Shown: in pieces, positions 52,821 to 62,629 of the stretch
Position numbering within the stretch: position 1 is the stretch's first letter
Layout of the letters: every line of letters starts with the position of its first letter
DNA from: an uncultured delta proteobacterium
GTDB lineage: Bacteria > Desulfobacterota > Desulfobacteria > Desulfobacterales > UBA2156
Reading direction: 5' to 3'
DNA: 64,000 nt
Assembly (NCBI GenBank): GCA_963736855.1
Contig: CAVTQK010000021.1
Location: 96,001 to 160,000, forward strand
Translations under genes and position numbers: made by a program
Notes under the pieces: model-generated
The model's database searches: none
Seen by the model: only the letters and a program-made list of their open reading frames with translations
What the model was told of the DNA's origin: nothing

Positions 52821-53796
52821 ATTTAAAATTAAAAAATATGATCGAAGGCAGTTTATCTCTCGATCCCTGAAAGCCGGAGTTTCCATTGCCGCGGCCTGCG
52901 CCTTAGGCTACGGATTTTATGATCCTGATGGGCCAAAAGCCCTTTCGGAAACGCCGGAGGCCCAGCCGTTTCCCGATTTTTCAGTGGCCGGCACAAAAGA
53001 CCGCATATGTATGGTCAAGGAAGGGGATCGGACGAAGGCATTAGGCCTGGCGGTGGAAGCCATGGGAGGGATTGAAAATTTCATCCGGAAAGGGGACAGG
53101 GTCCTTTTGAAGGTCAACGCCGCCTTTGCATCTCCGCCAATCCTTTCGGCCACAACGCACCCGTTGCTGGTAGCGGAAATGACCCGGCTCTGCTTCAAGG
53201 CAGGAGCCCGGGAAGTCGTCGTGACGGATAACCCCATCAATGATCCGAAAACCTGTTTTTTCCTGACCGGCATCGGAAAAGCTGCCGAGGATGCAGGCGC
53301 CCGGGTCATACTTCCCCGTGAGGCTTTATTCAAACCCATGACCGTTCCCGGTGCTGCCCTCATCCGGAACTGGCCGGTGCTTTCCGAGCCGTTCAGGGGG
53401 ATCGACAAGGTGATCGGTATCGCCCCGGTCAAGGATCACCACCGGAGCGGAGCATCGATGACCCTGAAAAACTGGTATGGCCTGCTGGGGGGACGACGAA
53501 ACATTTTTCACCAGAAGATTCACGATATCATCATGGAGCTTTCCATGATGATCCGGCCGACCCTGGTGATTCTGGACGGTACCACCACCATGGTCACCAA
53601 TGGGCCCACCGGAGGCTCCCTTTCTGACCTGAAGACGACAAATACCCTCATCGTCAGTACGGATCCGGTGGCGGCCGATGCTTGTGGCGCTGCCCTCTTA
53701 GGAAAGTCCGTTCAGGATCTGCCTTACATCGCTAAAGCCGAGGCGGCCGGAGCAGGGAAGGCGGACTACCGATCCCTGAATTTTAAAAGTTTATGA
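52807..53796 (+). CDS. DUF362 domain protein with Tat-like signal
   Basis: DRRQFI; VLLKVN, TTHP, KDH, MTLKN.YG, GP.GG, STDPVAAD. Confidence 0.85.
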   Translation: MQDTEFKIKKYDRRQFISRSLKAGVSIAAACALGYGFYDPDGPKALSETPEAQPFPDFSVAGTKDRICMVKEGDRTKALGLAVEAMGGIENFIRKGDRVLLKVNAAFASPPILSATTHPLLVAEMTRLCFKAGAREVVVTDNPINDPKTCFFLTGIGKAAEDAGARVILPREALFKPMTVPGAALIRNWPVLSEPFRGIDKVIGIAPVKDHHRSGASMTLKNWYGLLGGRRNIFHQKIHDIIMELSMMIRPTLVILDGTTTMVTNGPTGGSLSDLKTTNTLIVSTDPVAADACGAALLGKSVQDLPYIAKAEAAGAGKADYRSLNFKSL

Positions 53797-55781
53797 ATAT
53801 CTTGATTGTCAGACGAATCAGCCAGGTTTTTTTCCTGATCCTTTTTTTCGGGTTTTGTGCTGTCTCCTCCTTGGGGGAAAAGGGGTGGCAGCTCAGGGGG
53901 TGGCCGGTCAACTGGTTTCTTGAACTCGACCCTTTGGCTGGAATCGGAAACCTTTTGGCTACCCATACGCTGTATAAAGGGCTGCTCTGGGGCCTTGTCC
54001 CTGTGGTGCTGACGATCCTTTTAGGCCGCTTTTTTTGTGGGTGGGTTTGTCCCTTCGGAACCCTTCACCAGCTTGTCGGCTACCTGGGAAAGCGAAGAAA
54101 ATCAACAGCTGAAAAACGGGAACTCAACCGTTACAGCCGATGGCAGGCGGTCAAGTACTGGGTTCTTTTTTCGATGTTAGGTGCGGCAATGGCGGATCTG
54201 ACGGTCTTTGTCGCAAACATCCCCAGAAAAGACCCTCGTCTGGTGTGGATGGTGGTGATCGGAATTCTTTTAGGCATCTTCCTGGTAGCCGCCCTCCGCA
54301 CGCTTTACACCATGCGCAGGATATGGAGCTCCATGATCCTTCCCGTTTTGATTGCGATATGCCTGATCCTTGTCTTCAAGTATACTCGAATGTTTCAAAG
54401 CTCCCTTCAAACCGGTTTATTGGATCCCATCCCTCTTTTTCACCGATCCGTTAACCTGATTCTATTGCCTGTCCTGGATCAGGGTATTGGGAAACTGTCA
54501 GCGGCATCATACCATTACCAGGGGGCTTTTCTCATCGGCGTGATCTTTTTCGCCGCTGTCTTTTTGAATTTAAAATTCCCGCGATTTTATTGCCGATTTG
54601 TCTGTCCCCTGGGGGCGCTTTTTGGCTTGCTGGCTCGGTATTCCCTGTGGCGGATCGGTAAGACGATGGAACCCTGTGCAGACTGTAAGACGTGCGATGC
54701 CGATTGTGAGGGGGCCTGCTCCCCTTCTTCTTCCATCGTCTGGGGGGAATGCGTGCTGTGTTTGAATTGCATCAAGGCCTGCCGGAGCCGACAGATCGCC
54801 TATCGCATGCGCCCATCCGAAGGGGGTGAGGTTCCTTTGCCCGATTTTGCCCGGAGGGGATTCATGCTTTCCCTGGTTTCGGGGATCATTGCGGTTCCAT
54901 TGGTGCGGGCCGGCGGGGGCATTGCCGCCAACTGGAATCCGGGCTTGGTGCGGCCCCCGGGATCCCTGCCGGAGGCGGAGTTTTTAAGCCGCTGCATCAA
55001 ATGCGGTCAGTGCATGCGCATCTGCCCCACCCATGTCATTCAACCCGCCGGTCTGGAGGCGGGCTTGGAAGGCTTGTGGACGCCGGTCCTCAATTTCCGC
55101 ATGGGGAACAGCGGATGCCATTATAATTGTATCGCCTGTGGGCACCTGTGTCCCACATCGGCCATACGTCCTTTGAGCTTCGATGAACGGTTCGGCCGGC
55201 ATACTCATGAGGGCAACGGACCGATTCGCATCGGAACTGCGTTTATCGACCGCGGTCGATGTCTCCCTTGGGCCATGGACAAACCATGCATCGTATGCCA
55301 GGAAAACTGCCCGGTCAGCCCCAAGGCCATTTTTACAAGGGAGCATTTTGCCCCATTGCGGTTTTTGGGTCCTTTATCCGTGAGGGAGGCGACAAAGTCC
55401 CAGGTCGTGTTCAACGAGGCGTTGATGGAGCCGGGCAGGCTGGAAACGGGTGATTATTATTGCATCACCGAAGGGATCGAGGATCCCAAACCCCGCCGCA
55501 TCCTCAAAAACGGCGCCGATCGGATCGAGATCCACCCGGGAAATCCCTGGGTAATGCCACCTCCGTCGGGAACCCGAATCCATGTCGAAATCCGCTTGCA
55601 ACAGCCTTACGTGGATATCGACCGCTGCATCGGTTGCGGGGTATGTGAGCACGAATGTCCGGTTTCCGGAAAACGGGCCATCCGGGTGACGGCGGAAAAC
55701 GAATCAAGAAATTTGAAACACGCGTTGACCCTTGGGAAAGCGAAGGGAATCCATTCCGTGGATGAACCCGATAGAAAGTAA
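53793..55781 (+). CDS. NapH/MauN-like membrane FeS protein fused to NapG/MauM-like polyferredoxin
   Basis: GRFFCGWVCP, YCRFVCP, RPPG..E..FLSRCIKCGQC, CIGCGVCEHECP. Confidence 0.85.
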   Translation: MNILIVRRISQVFFLILFFGFCAVSSLGEKGWQLRGWPVNWFLELDPLAGIGNLLATHTLYKGLLWGLVPVVLTILLGRFFCGWVCPFGTLHQLVGYLGKRRKSTAEKRELNRYSRWQAVKYWVLFSMLGAAMADLTVFVANIPRKDPRLVWMVVIGILLGIFLVAALRTLYTMRRIWSSMILPVLIAICLILVFKYTRMFQSSLQTGLLDPIPLFHRSVNLILLPVLDQGIGKLSAASYHYQGAFLIGVIFFAAVFLNLKFPRFYCRFVCPLGALFGLLARYSLWRIGKTMEPCADCKTCDADCEGACSPSSSIVWGECVLCLNCIKACRSRQIAYRMRPSEGGEVPLPDFARRGFMLSLVSGIIAVPLVRAGGGIAANWNPGLVRPPGSLPEAEFLSRCIKCGQCMRICPTHVIQPAGLEAGLEGLWTPVLNFRMGNSGCHYNCIACGHLCPTSAIRPLSFDERFGRHTHEGNGPIRIGTAFIDRGRCLPWAMDKPCIVCQENCPVSPKAIFTREHFAPLRFLGPLSVREATKSQVVFNEALMEPGRLETGDYYCITEGIEDPKPRRILKNGADRIEIHPGNPWVMPPPSGTRIHVEIRLQQPYVDIDRCIGCGVCEHECPVSGKRAIRVTAENESRNLKHALTLGKAKGIHSVDEPDRK

Positions 55782-55996
55782 AAGATAAAACAGAATAAAC
55801 ATATCGGCCCCATTTGATGAATCGCGGCTTTTCAATAAGCCGCTGCCCTTCAAATCTTTTCTTATGCCGCATATTCTGTTACACTGACTCAAATTTTAAG
55901 AGAATCGATCTGACCCGGTTAGAATTATTCCATAGATCATGAAGCGATACTTTTTATACTGTTTCTATCTCGGTTTATAGAGATGAGGTTATGATA

Positions 55997-56992
55997 ATGA
56001 AAGTCCTGATCGTCGGCGGCGCCGGCTACATCGGGAGCTTTGTCACCCGACTGCTGCACGAAAAGGGCTGCAATGTGGTCGTATTGGATAACCTCTCCTG
56101 GGGGCATCGAAAAGCCTTACATCCGAAAATTCCCCTCATCGAAGGAGATTTGGCCGATCTCAAGATGCTGACGAATCTTTGTTCTTCGGATCGCTTCGAT
56201 GCCGTCATGCATTTTGCCTCTTTTATCCTTGTCGGGGAATCTGTGGTGTCACCGATTCAATATTATCACAATAATGTCGCCAATACGGTGAATTTGCTCA
56301 AGGCGATGACGGCTTGTGGAATCCGGCACTTCATTTTTTCTTCAAGTGCGGCGGTCTTTGGAATTCCCGAAAAAGTCCCCCTTGAAGAAGATCACCCCCA
56401 AACCCCAATAAATCCTTATGGGTGGAGCAAAAGGATGGTGGAGCAAGTGCTTAGAGACGCCTCAGCCGCGGGCCATATCCGATTTGTTTCACTTCGATAC
56501 TTTAACGCTGCAGGCGCTTATCCGGATGGGAGTATGGGCGAGGATCATGCCCACGAGACCCATCTCATTCCGCTGGCCATAAAGGCCATCATCGAGCAAA
56601 ATACCGGGGGTAAACCTCTGACCATCTTTGGGACCGATTACAATACGCCGGATGGAACCTGCATCCGGGATTATATTCACGTGATGGATTTGGCTGAAGC
56701 CCACATTCTGGCGTTGGATTATCTTCTTGCCGGAGGGAAAAGCGATTTTTTTAATTTAGGAAATGGAATGGGTTTTTCAGTCAGCGATATCGTTCGGGTT
56801 ACGGAGAAAGTTACGGGAGAAAAAGTGCCCATCCTCTACGGAGACAGGAGGCCCGGGGATCCTCCCATACTCGTGGCAGGATCGAAAAAAATCCAGGCGG
56901 TTTTGGGATGGAAGCCGAAATTTGCCGATATCGAAACGATGATCAAAACCGCCTGGAAGTGGCATAAGTCTCATCCGAGAGGATACGAATAG
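55997..56992 (+). CDS. galE: UDP-glucose 4-epimerase
   Basis: GGAGYIGS, HFAS...GES, YGWSK, LRYFNAAG, DGTCIRDYIHV. Confidence 0.95.
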   Translation: MKVLIVGGAGYIGSFVTRLLHEKGCNVVVLDNLSWGHRKALHPKIPLIEGDLADLKMLTNLCSSDRFDAVMHFASFILVGESVVSPIQYYHNNVANTVNLLKAMTACGIRHFIFSSSAAVFGIPEKVPLEEDHPQTPINPYGWSKRMVEQVLRDASAAGHIRFVSLRYFNAAGAYPDGSMGEDHAHETHLIPLAIKAIIEQNTGGKPLTIFGTDYNTPDGTCIRDYIHVMDLAEAHILALDYLLAGGKSDFFNLGNGMGFSVSDIVRVTEKVTGEKVPILYGDRRPGDPPILVAGSKKIQAVLGWKPKFADIETMIKTAWKWHKSHPRGYE

Positions 56993-57029
56993 CCGTTTTT
57001 ACATGAAGTCGATCGAACAGGAAAAGGCA

Positions 57030-58088
57030 ATGAAAAACATGCTTGTGACCGGGGGATGCGGATTCATCGGGGCCAATTTCATACGGTACCTTTTGGAAGA
57101 ATCCGACTTCAACGGATGCGTCATTAACGTGGATTCCATGACCTATGCCGGGAACCCTGAGAATCTGGCGGATATCCCGGAACGTTTTCCCGAGCAATAT
57201 CGGTTCGTGAAGGCGGACATTTGTGATCCGGATGCCATGGCAGCGGTTTTCGAAAAATACAAAATCGATACGGTTTGTCATTTCGCCGCCGAATCCCATG
57301 TGGATCGTTCCATTGTCAGGCCGGACGCCTTTGTTCAAACCAATATTGTGGGAACCTTCAATCTTTTACAGCTGGCCAGAAAGCATCGGGATCGAATGCT
57401 TTTATTCCACCACATCAGCACCGATGAAGTGTTCGGCAGTCTGGAGAAGGAGGGTTTTTTCACCGAAAAGACACCCTATTGTCCCAACAGTCCCTATTCC
57501 GCCTCCAAGGCGGCTTCGGATCACCTGGTAAGGGCTTTCCATAAAACCTATGAATTGCCCATCACGGTGTCCAACTGCTCGAACAATTACGGTCCCTACC
57601 AATTTCCTGAAAAGCTGATTCCTTTGATGATCCTCAATGCTGCAGAGGGCAAACCCCTTCCGGTTTACGGTGACGGTCGAAATGTGCGGGATTGGCTCTA
57701 TGTCCAAGATCACTGCCGTGCAATCTGGATCATCATGAAGCATGGGAAAAAAGGTGAAACTTATAACATCGGCGGGAACAGCGAAATGGAAAACATCCAT
57801 ATGGTCGAAATGATCTGCGACCTCGTTGATGAAAGGATCGGAATACCTGAAACGGGGAGAAGACGCGGTCTCATCACTTTTGTGAAAGACAGGCCGGGTC
57901 ATGACCGCCGATACGCCATCGATTTTTCCAAAATCAAAAAGGAATTGAATTGGTATCCCCGGGAATCTTTATCCACGGGCCTGAAAAAGACCATATCCTG
58001 GTACCTGGAATATCAAGACTGGGTGAATCGGGTCAGAAGCGGGGAATACCAGAAATGGATCCAAGAACATTATGGAACAAGACAATAA
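57030..58088 (+). CDS. rfbB: dTDP-glucose 4,6-dehydratase
   Basis: GGCGFIG, AAESHVDRS, STDEV, YSASK, DRPGHDRRY. Confidence 0.96.
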   Translation: MKNMLVTGGCGFIGANFIRYLLEESDFNGCVINVDSMTYAGNPENLADIPERFPEQYRFVKADICDPDAMAAVFEKYKIDTVCHFAAESHVDRSIVRPDAFVQTNIVGTFNLLQLARKHRDRMLLFHHISTDEVFGSLEKEGFFTEKTPYCPNSPYSASKAASDHLVRAFHKTYELPITVSNCSNNYGPYQFPEKLIPLMILNAAEGKPLPVYGDGRNVRDWLYVQDHCRAIWIIMKHGKKGETYNIGGNSEMENIHMVEMICDLVDERIGIPETGRRRGLITFVKDRPGHDRRYAIDFSKIKKELNWYPRESLSTGLKKTISWYLEYQDWVNRVRSGEYQKWIQEHYGTRQ

Positions 58089-58103
58089 TGGTAAGGTGAA
58101 CAT

Positions 58104-59327
58104 ATGGCATCCCATCAACGAAAAATATCGAGAAGATCATTTTTAAAAAGGGCCGGATCCCTGGCGCTGGCTACAGGGGGCCTGTCTCTGCATTCTCTTT
58201 CAGCTTCTGAAAACCCGTCAGGAAAAACAGCGGCAAAAGAGATGAGCGTACCCGTGCGCCCCTTCGGAAAGACCGGCGTAACCGTTTCCATCCTTGCCTT
58301 GGGCGGGATGTTCGATATCCCAACCAACCAGCTCATGCTGAAGCAGGCCCTGAAATGGGGGGTCACCTACTGGGACACGGCCAATTCCTACGGCGGAGGG
58401 CGCAGCGAGGAGGGGATCGGGATGTACTTTTCCCGGTTTCCCGAGGATCGAAAGCGGGTCTTTCTGGTGACCAAATCAAACGCCTGGACGCAAAATGGGA
58501 TGACCCGGAATCTCGAGCTTTCCTTGGAGCGGATGCGAACCGATTTCATTGACCTTTTTTTTGTTCATGGAATCGGAGGAATCGACGAAGTCAAAGAGAC
58601 CCGGCAATGGGCCGAGAAGGCCAAATCTTCCGGAAAGATCCGATTTTTTGGTTTCAGCACCCACAGCAACATGGAGTCGTGTTTGTCTGGGGCGTCGGAG
58701 CAGGGATGGATCGATGGGATCATGACGACGTACAATTACCGGCTGATGAAAACAGATTCGATGCGTCGTGCGGTGGATACTTGTATTCATGCCGGAATCG
58801 GGATCACCGCCATGAAGACCCAGGGGGGCGGAGCAGTGAAAACGAGTTCGGAAACGGAGATGGCGCTTGCCGGCCGTTTCTTGAAAAAAGGGTTCACGGA
58901 CGGCCAGGCCAAGCTCAAGGCGGTATGGGAGGATACACGGGTCGCAAGCATCTGTTCGCAGATGCCAACGTTGACGCTGTTGATGACCAATGTACAGGCA
59001 GCAATTGATGAAACCAAACTTTCATCCATGGATCGAAAGCTCATGGATCGCTATGCCCATGAGACAGCCTCCGAGTACTGTGCCGGATGTACTGCCATAT
59101 GTGAATCGACGCTTTCTGAACCGATCCCGGTAGGTGATATCATGCGGTGCCTCATGTACCGTCGAAGCTACCAGGATCACTCCATGGCTGCGGATCTATA
59201 TCGGAAGATTCCACCCACGGTTCAATCAAATCTTACTCGGGTCGACTATTCCGAAGCCGAAAGGCGATGCCCCCAGAAAATAGCTATTTCGAAACTTATT
59301 TCCGAGGCCTCTCTGGAGCTAAGCTAA
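58104..59327 (+). CDS. Tat-exported aldo/keto reductase with C-terminal FeS motif
   Basis: SRRSFLK; WDTANSY, VTK, DLFFVH; CAGC...C, CP. Confidence 0.88.
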   Translation: MASHQRKISRRSFLKRAGSLALATGGLSLHSLSASENPSGKTAAKEMSVPVRPFGKTGVTVSILALGGMFDIPTNQLMLKQALKWGVTYWDTANSYGGGRSEEGIGMYFSRFPEDRKRVFLVTKSNAWTQNGMTRNLELSLERMRTDFIDLFFVHGIGGIDEVKETRQWAEKAKSSGKIRFFGFSTHSNMESCLSGASEQGWIDGIMTTYNYRLMKTDSMRRAVDTCIHAGIGITAMKTQGGGAVKTSSETEMALAGRFLKKGFTDGQAKLKAVWEDTRVASICSQMPTLTLLMTNVQAAIDETKLSSMDRKLMDRYAHETASEYCAGCTAICESTLSEPIPVGDIMRCLMYRRSYQDHSMAADLYRKIPPTVQSNLTRVDYSEAERRCPQKIAISKLISEASLELS

Positions 59328-59452
59328 AAATTGATAAGAACTTGCTTTTCTGCGGATGAGTCAAGAGCGATCATGAGATTTTTCTTCGAATTGTGATAGA
59401 AGAAAAAACGCTTTTCAGGATAAAGGGATACGCTGAATTCGCTTTTCTCTCT

Positions 59453-60427
59453 TCACACCCTCTGGAATTTTTTCCGATATTCTGTGGGCACCAAGCCGGT
59501 CTGCTTACAAAAAACCTTCCGAAATGAACTGCTGTCTTCATATCCCACCTGATAGGTGATTTCGTCAAAGGAACGATTCCCTTTTTCCAGCATGCGTTTG
59601 GCGGTTTCGACTCTGAGACATTGTTGATACGTCAAAGGGGTTTCCCCGGTCGCAGCTTTGAATCGCCGCTCTAACGTACGACGGCTCATTCCGCTTTTTC
59701 GTGCCAGGCTGTCATAGGTAAAATATTTATCGAAATTCTTTTCGATCCACTCCTGAATCGAGACAACCTGCTCGTCATGATGCTTTTTATGGAGGTGAAA
59801 TACGCTGTAGGGTGCTTGGGAAGTGCGGCCGACATCTGAAATAATTGATTTTGAAGATTGCAAAGCCACGTCATGACCGCAGTACTTGTCCACCAGATAG
59901 AGGGTAAGATCGATGCCGGCGTTATATCCGCCGGAGCAGAACAAATCGCCTTCGTCGGTTATCAGTCGCTCCGGCTTAAGCTTGACCTGCGGATAACGCT
60001 TCCGAAACTGATCCGCAAAAGCCCAGTGAGTAGTAGCGGTTTTGCCGTCCAGCAATCCGGTTTCTGCCAAAACAAATGCCCCCGAACAAATGGTCGCGAT
60101 ATGTGAACCACGGTGATAACGCTCTTTTAACCAGTCTATTACCTCGCTCTGCACCCGAAGTGTTCTGTCGATATCCAGAATAGAAGACACCACAATTAAA
60201 TCCGCTTCCGGACCATCATAAATGGAACCGTTCGGTACGATTCGGACGCCGCTTAAACATTTAAAGGGTTTCCCGTTTGTTGTCACGACCTTGACTTCAA
60301 AGTAGGGTGAGGGCGGGTGCCCGTTGAAATAATTCCACATCACCCCTGCCTGATAAAAAACATCCATCGGACCGATAACCGTTGTCGCCATAGTGTTATA
60401 CATGGCTAAAATCGAGACCTTTTTCAT
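59453..60427 (-). CDS. GlxA-family regulator (DJ-1/PfpI + AraC HTH)
   Basis: ICSGAFVLAETGLLDG..ATTHW; MSRRTLERRF; GYED.SSFR. Confidence 0.93.
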   Translation of the reverse strand: MKKVSILAMYNTMATTVIGPMDVFYQAGVMWNYFNGHPPSPYFEVKVVTTNGKPFKCLSGVRIVPNGSIYDGPEADLIVVSSILDIDRTLRVQSEVIDWLKERYHRGSHIATICSGAFVLAETGLLDGKTATTHWAFADQFRKRYPQVKLKPERLITDEGDLFCSGGYNAGIDLTLYLVDKYCGHDVALQSSKSIISDVGRTSQAPYSVFHLHKKHHDEQVVSIQEWIEKNFDKYFTYDSLARKSGMSRRTLERRFKAATGETPLTYQQCLRVETAKRMLEKGNRSFDEITYQVGYEDSSSFRKVFCKQTGLVPTEYRKKFQRV

Positions 60428-60644
60428 TTCTTACCCCGTTGATTGACGTAAATAAACTTTAATGTGTCATATATGCCACTTCAAAAACAACAAATCAAAA
60501 GATATTTTGGCTTGTAGAAAACAGTCGGGCGAAGCGAGAAATCTTAACGTCAAACTGATTGAAACGATTTCTGTCTTAAGCTGTAATCAAAGACCCTTTG
60601 ATTACAGCATGTTACGAGATCATCGGAAATAAAGGGCGATAAGA

Positions 60645-60884
60645 ATGAATCAGATTCATGACACCCTGTTGGAGCAATACCGGAACGCGGATTTCGATCA
60701 CCGCCTGAACCTTTATCTGCAATTTCCTGCTCTGAGGTCAGAGTTCATTATGATTGATCAGGACGACTTGACTGCACATTTGTCTGAAATGTCGAAGTCG
60801 GACGGCAAAGGCCGCGGGAGTCTGACAAGAATCATCGGCCGGAAGGTGTCTCGTTTTATGAAGGCATTAACTTGGCGAAGCTAA
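60645..60884 (+). CDS. Small hypothetical protein
   Basis: 79-aa ORF with AAGGG RBS, divergent from the GlxA-family regulator. Confidence 0.55.
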   Translation: MNQIHDTLLEQYRNADFDHRLNLYLQFPALRSEFIMIDQDDLTAHLSEMSKSDGKGRGSLTRIIGRKVSRFMKALTWRS

Positions 60885-60933
60885 CCCGAATCTCTGGGAT
60901 TCTCCGTCCCATCTAATAATAAGGAGAAAGGGA

Positions 60934-61773
60934 ATGACACGATCTGTTCACTGTGTTACGAACGCTTTGCATGGATATGTCTATGGCCGCTGGACCCGTC
61001 AATATATCCGCGTGCTCCTGAACTATATTTTTCCAAGATTAGGACCAAAGGGAAAGAAGTGGTGGGGTGATCGTTTTCACTTCAAGGTGCTCCCTCCGGA
61101 ACATGCCATTGCCATTATAAATATAAACCGGGAAATTCCCCGACGCGACCTGGAACAGATCATTCCGTTTCCGATGGCCAGAGATTTCTTGCTCAAGGCA
61201 CCACCTGATATCGCACTGTACGAATGCGCATGCCGCCATACGCGGGAACATCCATGTCAACCCACCCAGGTATGCATGATCATTGGTCAGCCGTTCGTGG
61301 ATTTCATTGTTCGCCGACATCCCCATACCAGTCGGCGTATCGGTCGGGAAGAAGCCGTTGAACTTATTGAGGCGGAACATAAACGCGGGCACATACAGAC
61401 TGCATGGTTCAAGGATGCGATGGGGGGACGCTTCTATGCCCTTTGCAATTGCTGCAAGTGCTGCTGTTTCGGAATGGAAGCGGTGGCCAAGTATGCCGTG
61501 CCGATGGTTGCTTCGTCGGGTTACGTGGCTCAGGTGAACGAAACGTTCTGTAAGAGCTGCGCAGCTTGTGCGGAGGCCTGTCCTTTCGAGGCTATCCAAG
61601 TGAAAGATGTCGCGATGGTGAGCTGGGAAACCTGTATGGGTTGTGGTGTATGTGTGGGAAGATGCCCTAATAATGCAATTACGCTCGTGCGTGATACCGG
61701 AAAGGGGGTACCGCTGGATGTGCGAATGCTGGCTGAGGAACAATTCATGCGCAGCATCCGGGAGGAAAGATGA
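60934..61773 (+). CDS. 4Fe-4S dicluster protein (related to 1553-2713)
   Basis: CACR, CNCCKCCC, two ferredoxin motifs; AAGGAG RBS. Confidence 0.85.
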   Translation: MTRSVHCVTNALHGYVYGRWTRQYIRVLLNYIFPRLGPKGKKWWGDRFHFKVLPPEHAIAIININREIPRRDLEQIIPFPMARDFLLKAPPDIALYECACRHTREHPCQPTQVCMIIGQPFVDFIVRRHPHTSRRIGREEAVELIEAEHKRGHIQTAWFKDAMGGRFYALCNCCKCCCFGMEAVAKYAVPMVASSGYVAQVNETFCKSCAACAEACPFEAIQVKDVAMVSWETCMGCGVCVGRCPNNAITLVRDTGKGVPLDVRMLAEEQFMRSIREER

Positions 61774-61863
61774 AACAGAGTCGGCTTTTGAAGAATAAAA
61801 GCCGCCGGAAAACAATCGTCCATAATCCATTATCTTGCATTTGTTTCATGGAGGTTCTGAACG

Positions 61864-62310
61864 GTGGAAAAGAGATATTTCGACGATATAGAGGATGGAG
61901 AACATCTTCATTGTCAGCCTGTGTTGATGACGCGGGAGGCGATTATCGATTTTGGAAGAAATTTCGATCCGCAGCCGTTTCATGTGGATGAGAATGCCGC
62001 GCGTGCATCTTTTTTTGGCGGGCTGGTTGCTTCTTCTCTTCATACTCTTTCCGCCTGCACTCGGGTGGTTGTTGAAGCACAGGGGAATGTTGCGATTCTA
62101 AGCGGCCTGGGCATGTGTGAAGTTAAAATGTTGAACCCGGTGCGTCCGGGTGATGTTCTTTCGGTAAATGCCTGGTGGACGGAGTTACACAGATCCCGGA
62201 GTAAACCGGATCGTGGATTTGCATCAATTAAATGCAAGGTTACAAATCAACGAAAGGAGCCTGTCATTGAATATGGTTATCGGTATTTGATTATCTGTAA
62301 GAATTTATAA
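61864..62310 (+). CDS. MaoC-family dehydratase
   Basis: FDPQPFHVD, FGGLVASSLHT, PVRPGD. Confidence 0.88.
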   Translation: MEKRYFDDIEDGEHLHCQPVLMTREAIIDFGRNFDPQPFHVDENAARASFFGGLVASSLHTLSACTRVVVEAQGNVAILSGLGMCEVKMLNPVRPGDVLSVNAWWTELHRSRSKPDRGFASIKCKVTNQRKEPVIEYGYRYLIICKNL

Positions 62311-62629
62311 ATACTGATTTCCTCATGAGGATCCATTTGCGCATGACGATTTCTTCCAGCGGAGCATAAAGATCCGCCTGAAGCCCTCGTTCGCAAGAAA
62401 AATCGTCAGCTGGAGCAACAGCCAGATGAAACTATTACGAGTCAACTTTACAGGAAGCAATTTCAATTTTTCCGTCTTTACCGATGGCGCCGATCGCGTT
62501 GGTCGTCCTAAGAATCTCGGTCTCGCCTTCCGCTTCTATCAGCTTGACAATCGCCTGGTGCTCTCAGTAGAATCGCCGAAGATATTGGCGCGCGGGCTCG
62601 GCCGCAGCGGAGCCTGGCGATTCGACCAT

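Noticed and set aside
62340..62625. Inverted repeats (GAATCGCC/GGCGATTC; TGACGATTT/AAATCGTCA) and a 112-aa ORF between convergent genes
   Set aside because: Short stems, no second copy seen, ORF has no recognisable features; probably terminator-like or decayed repeats
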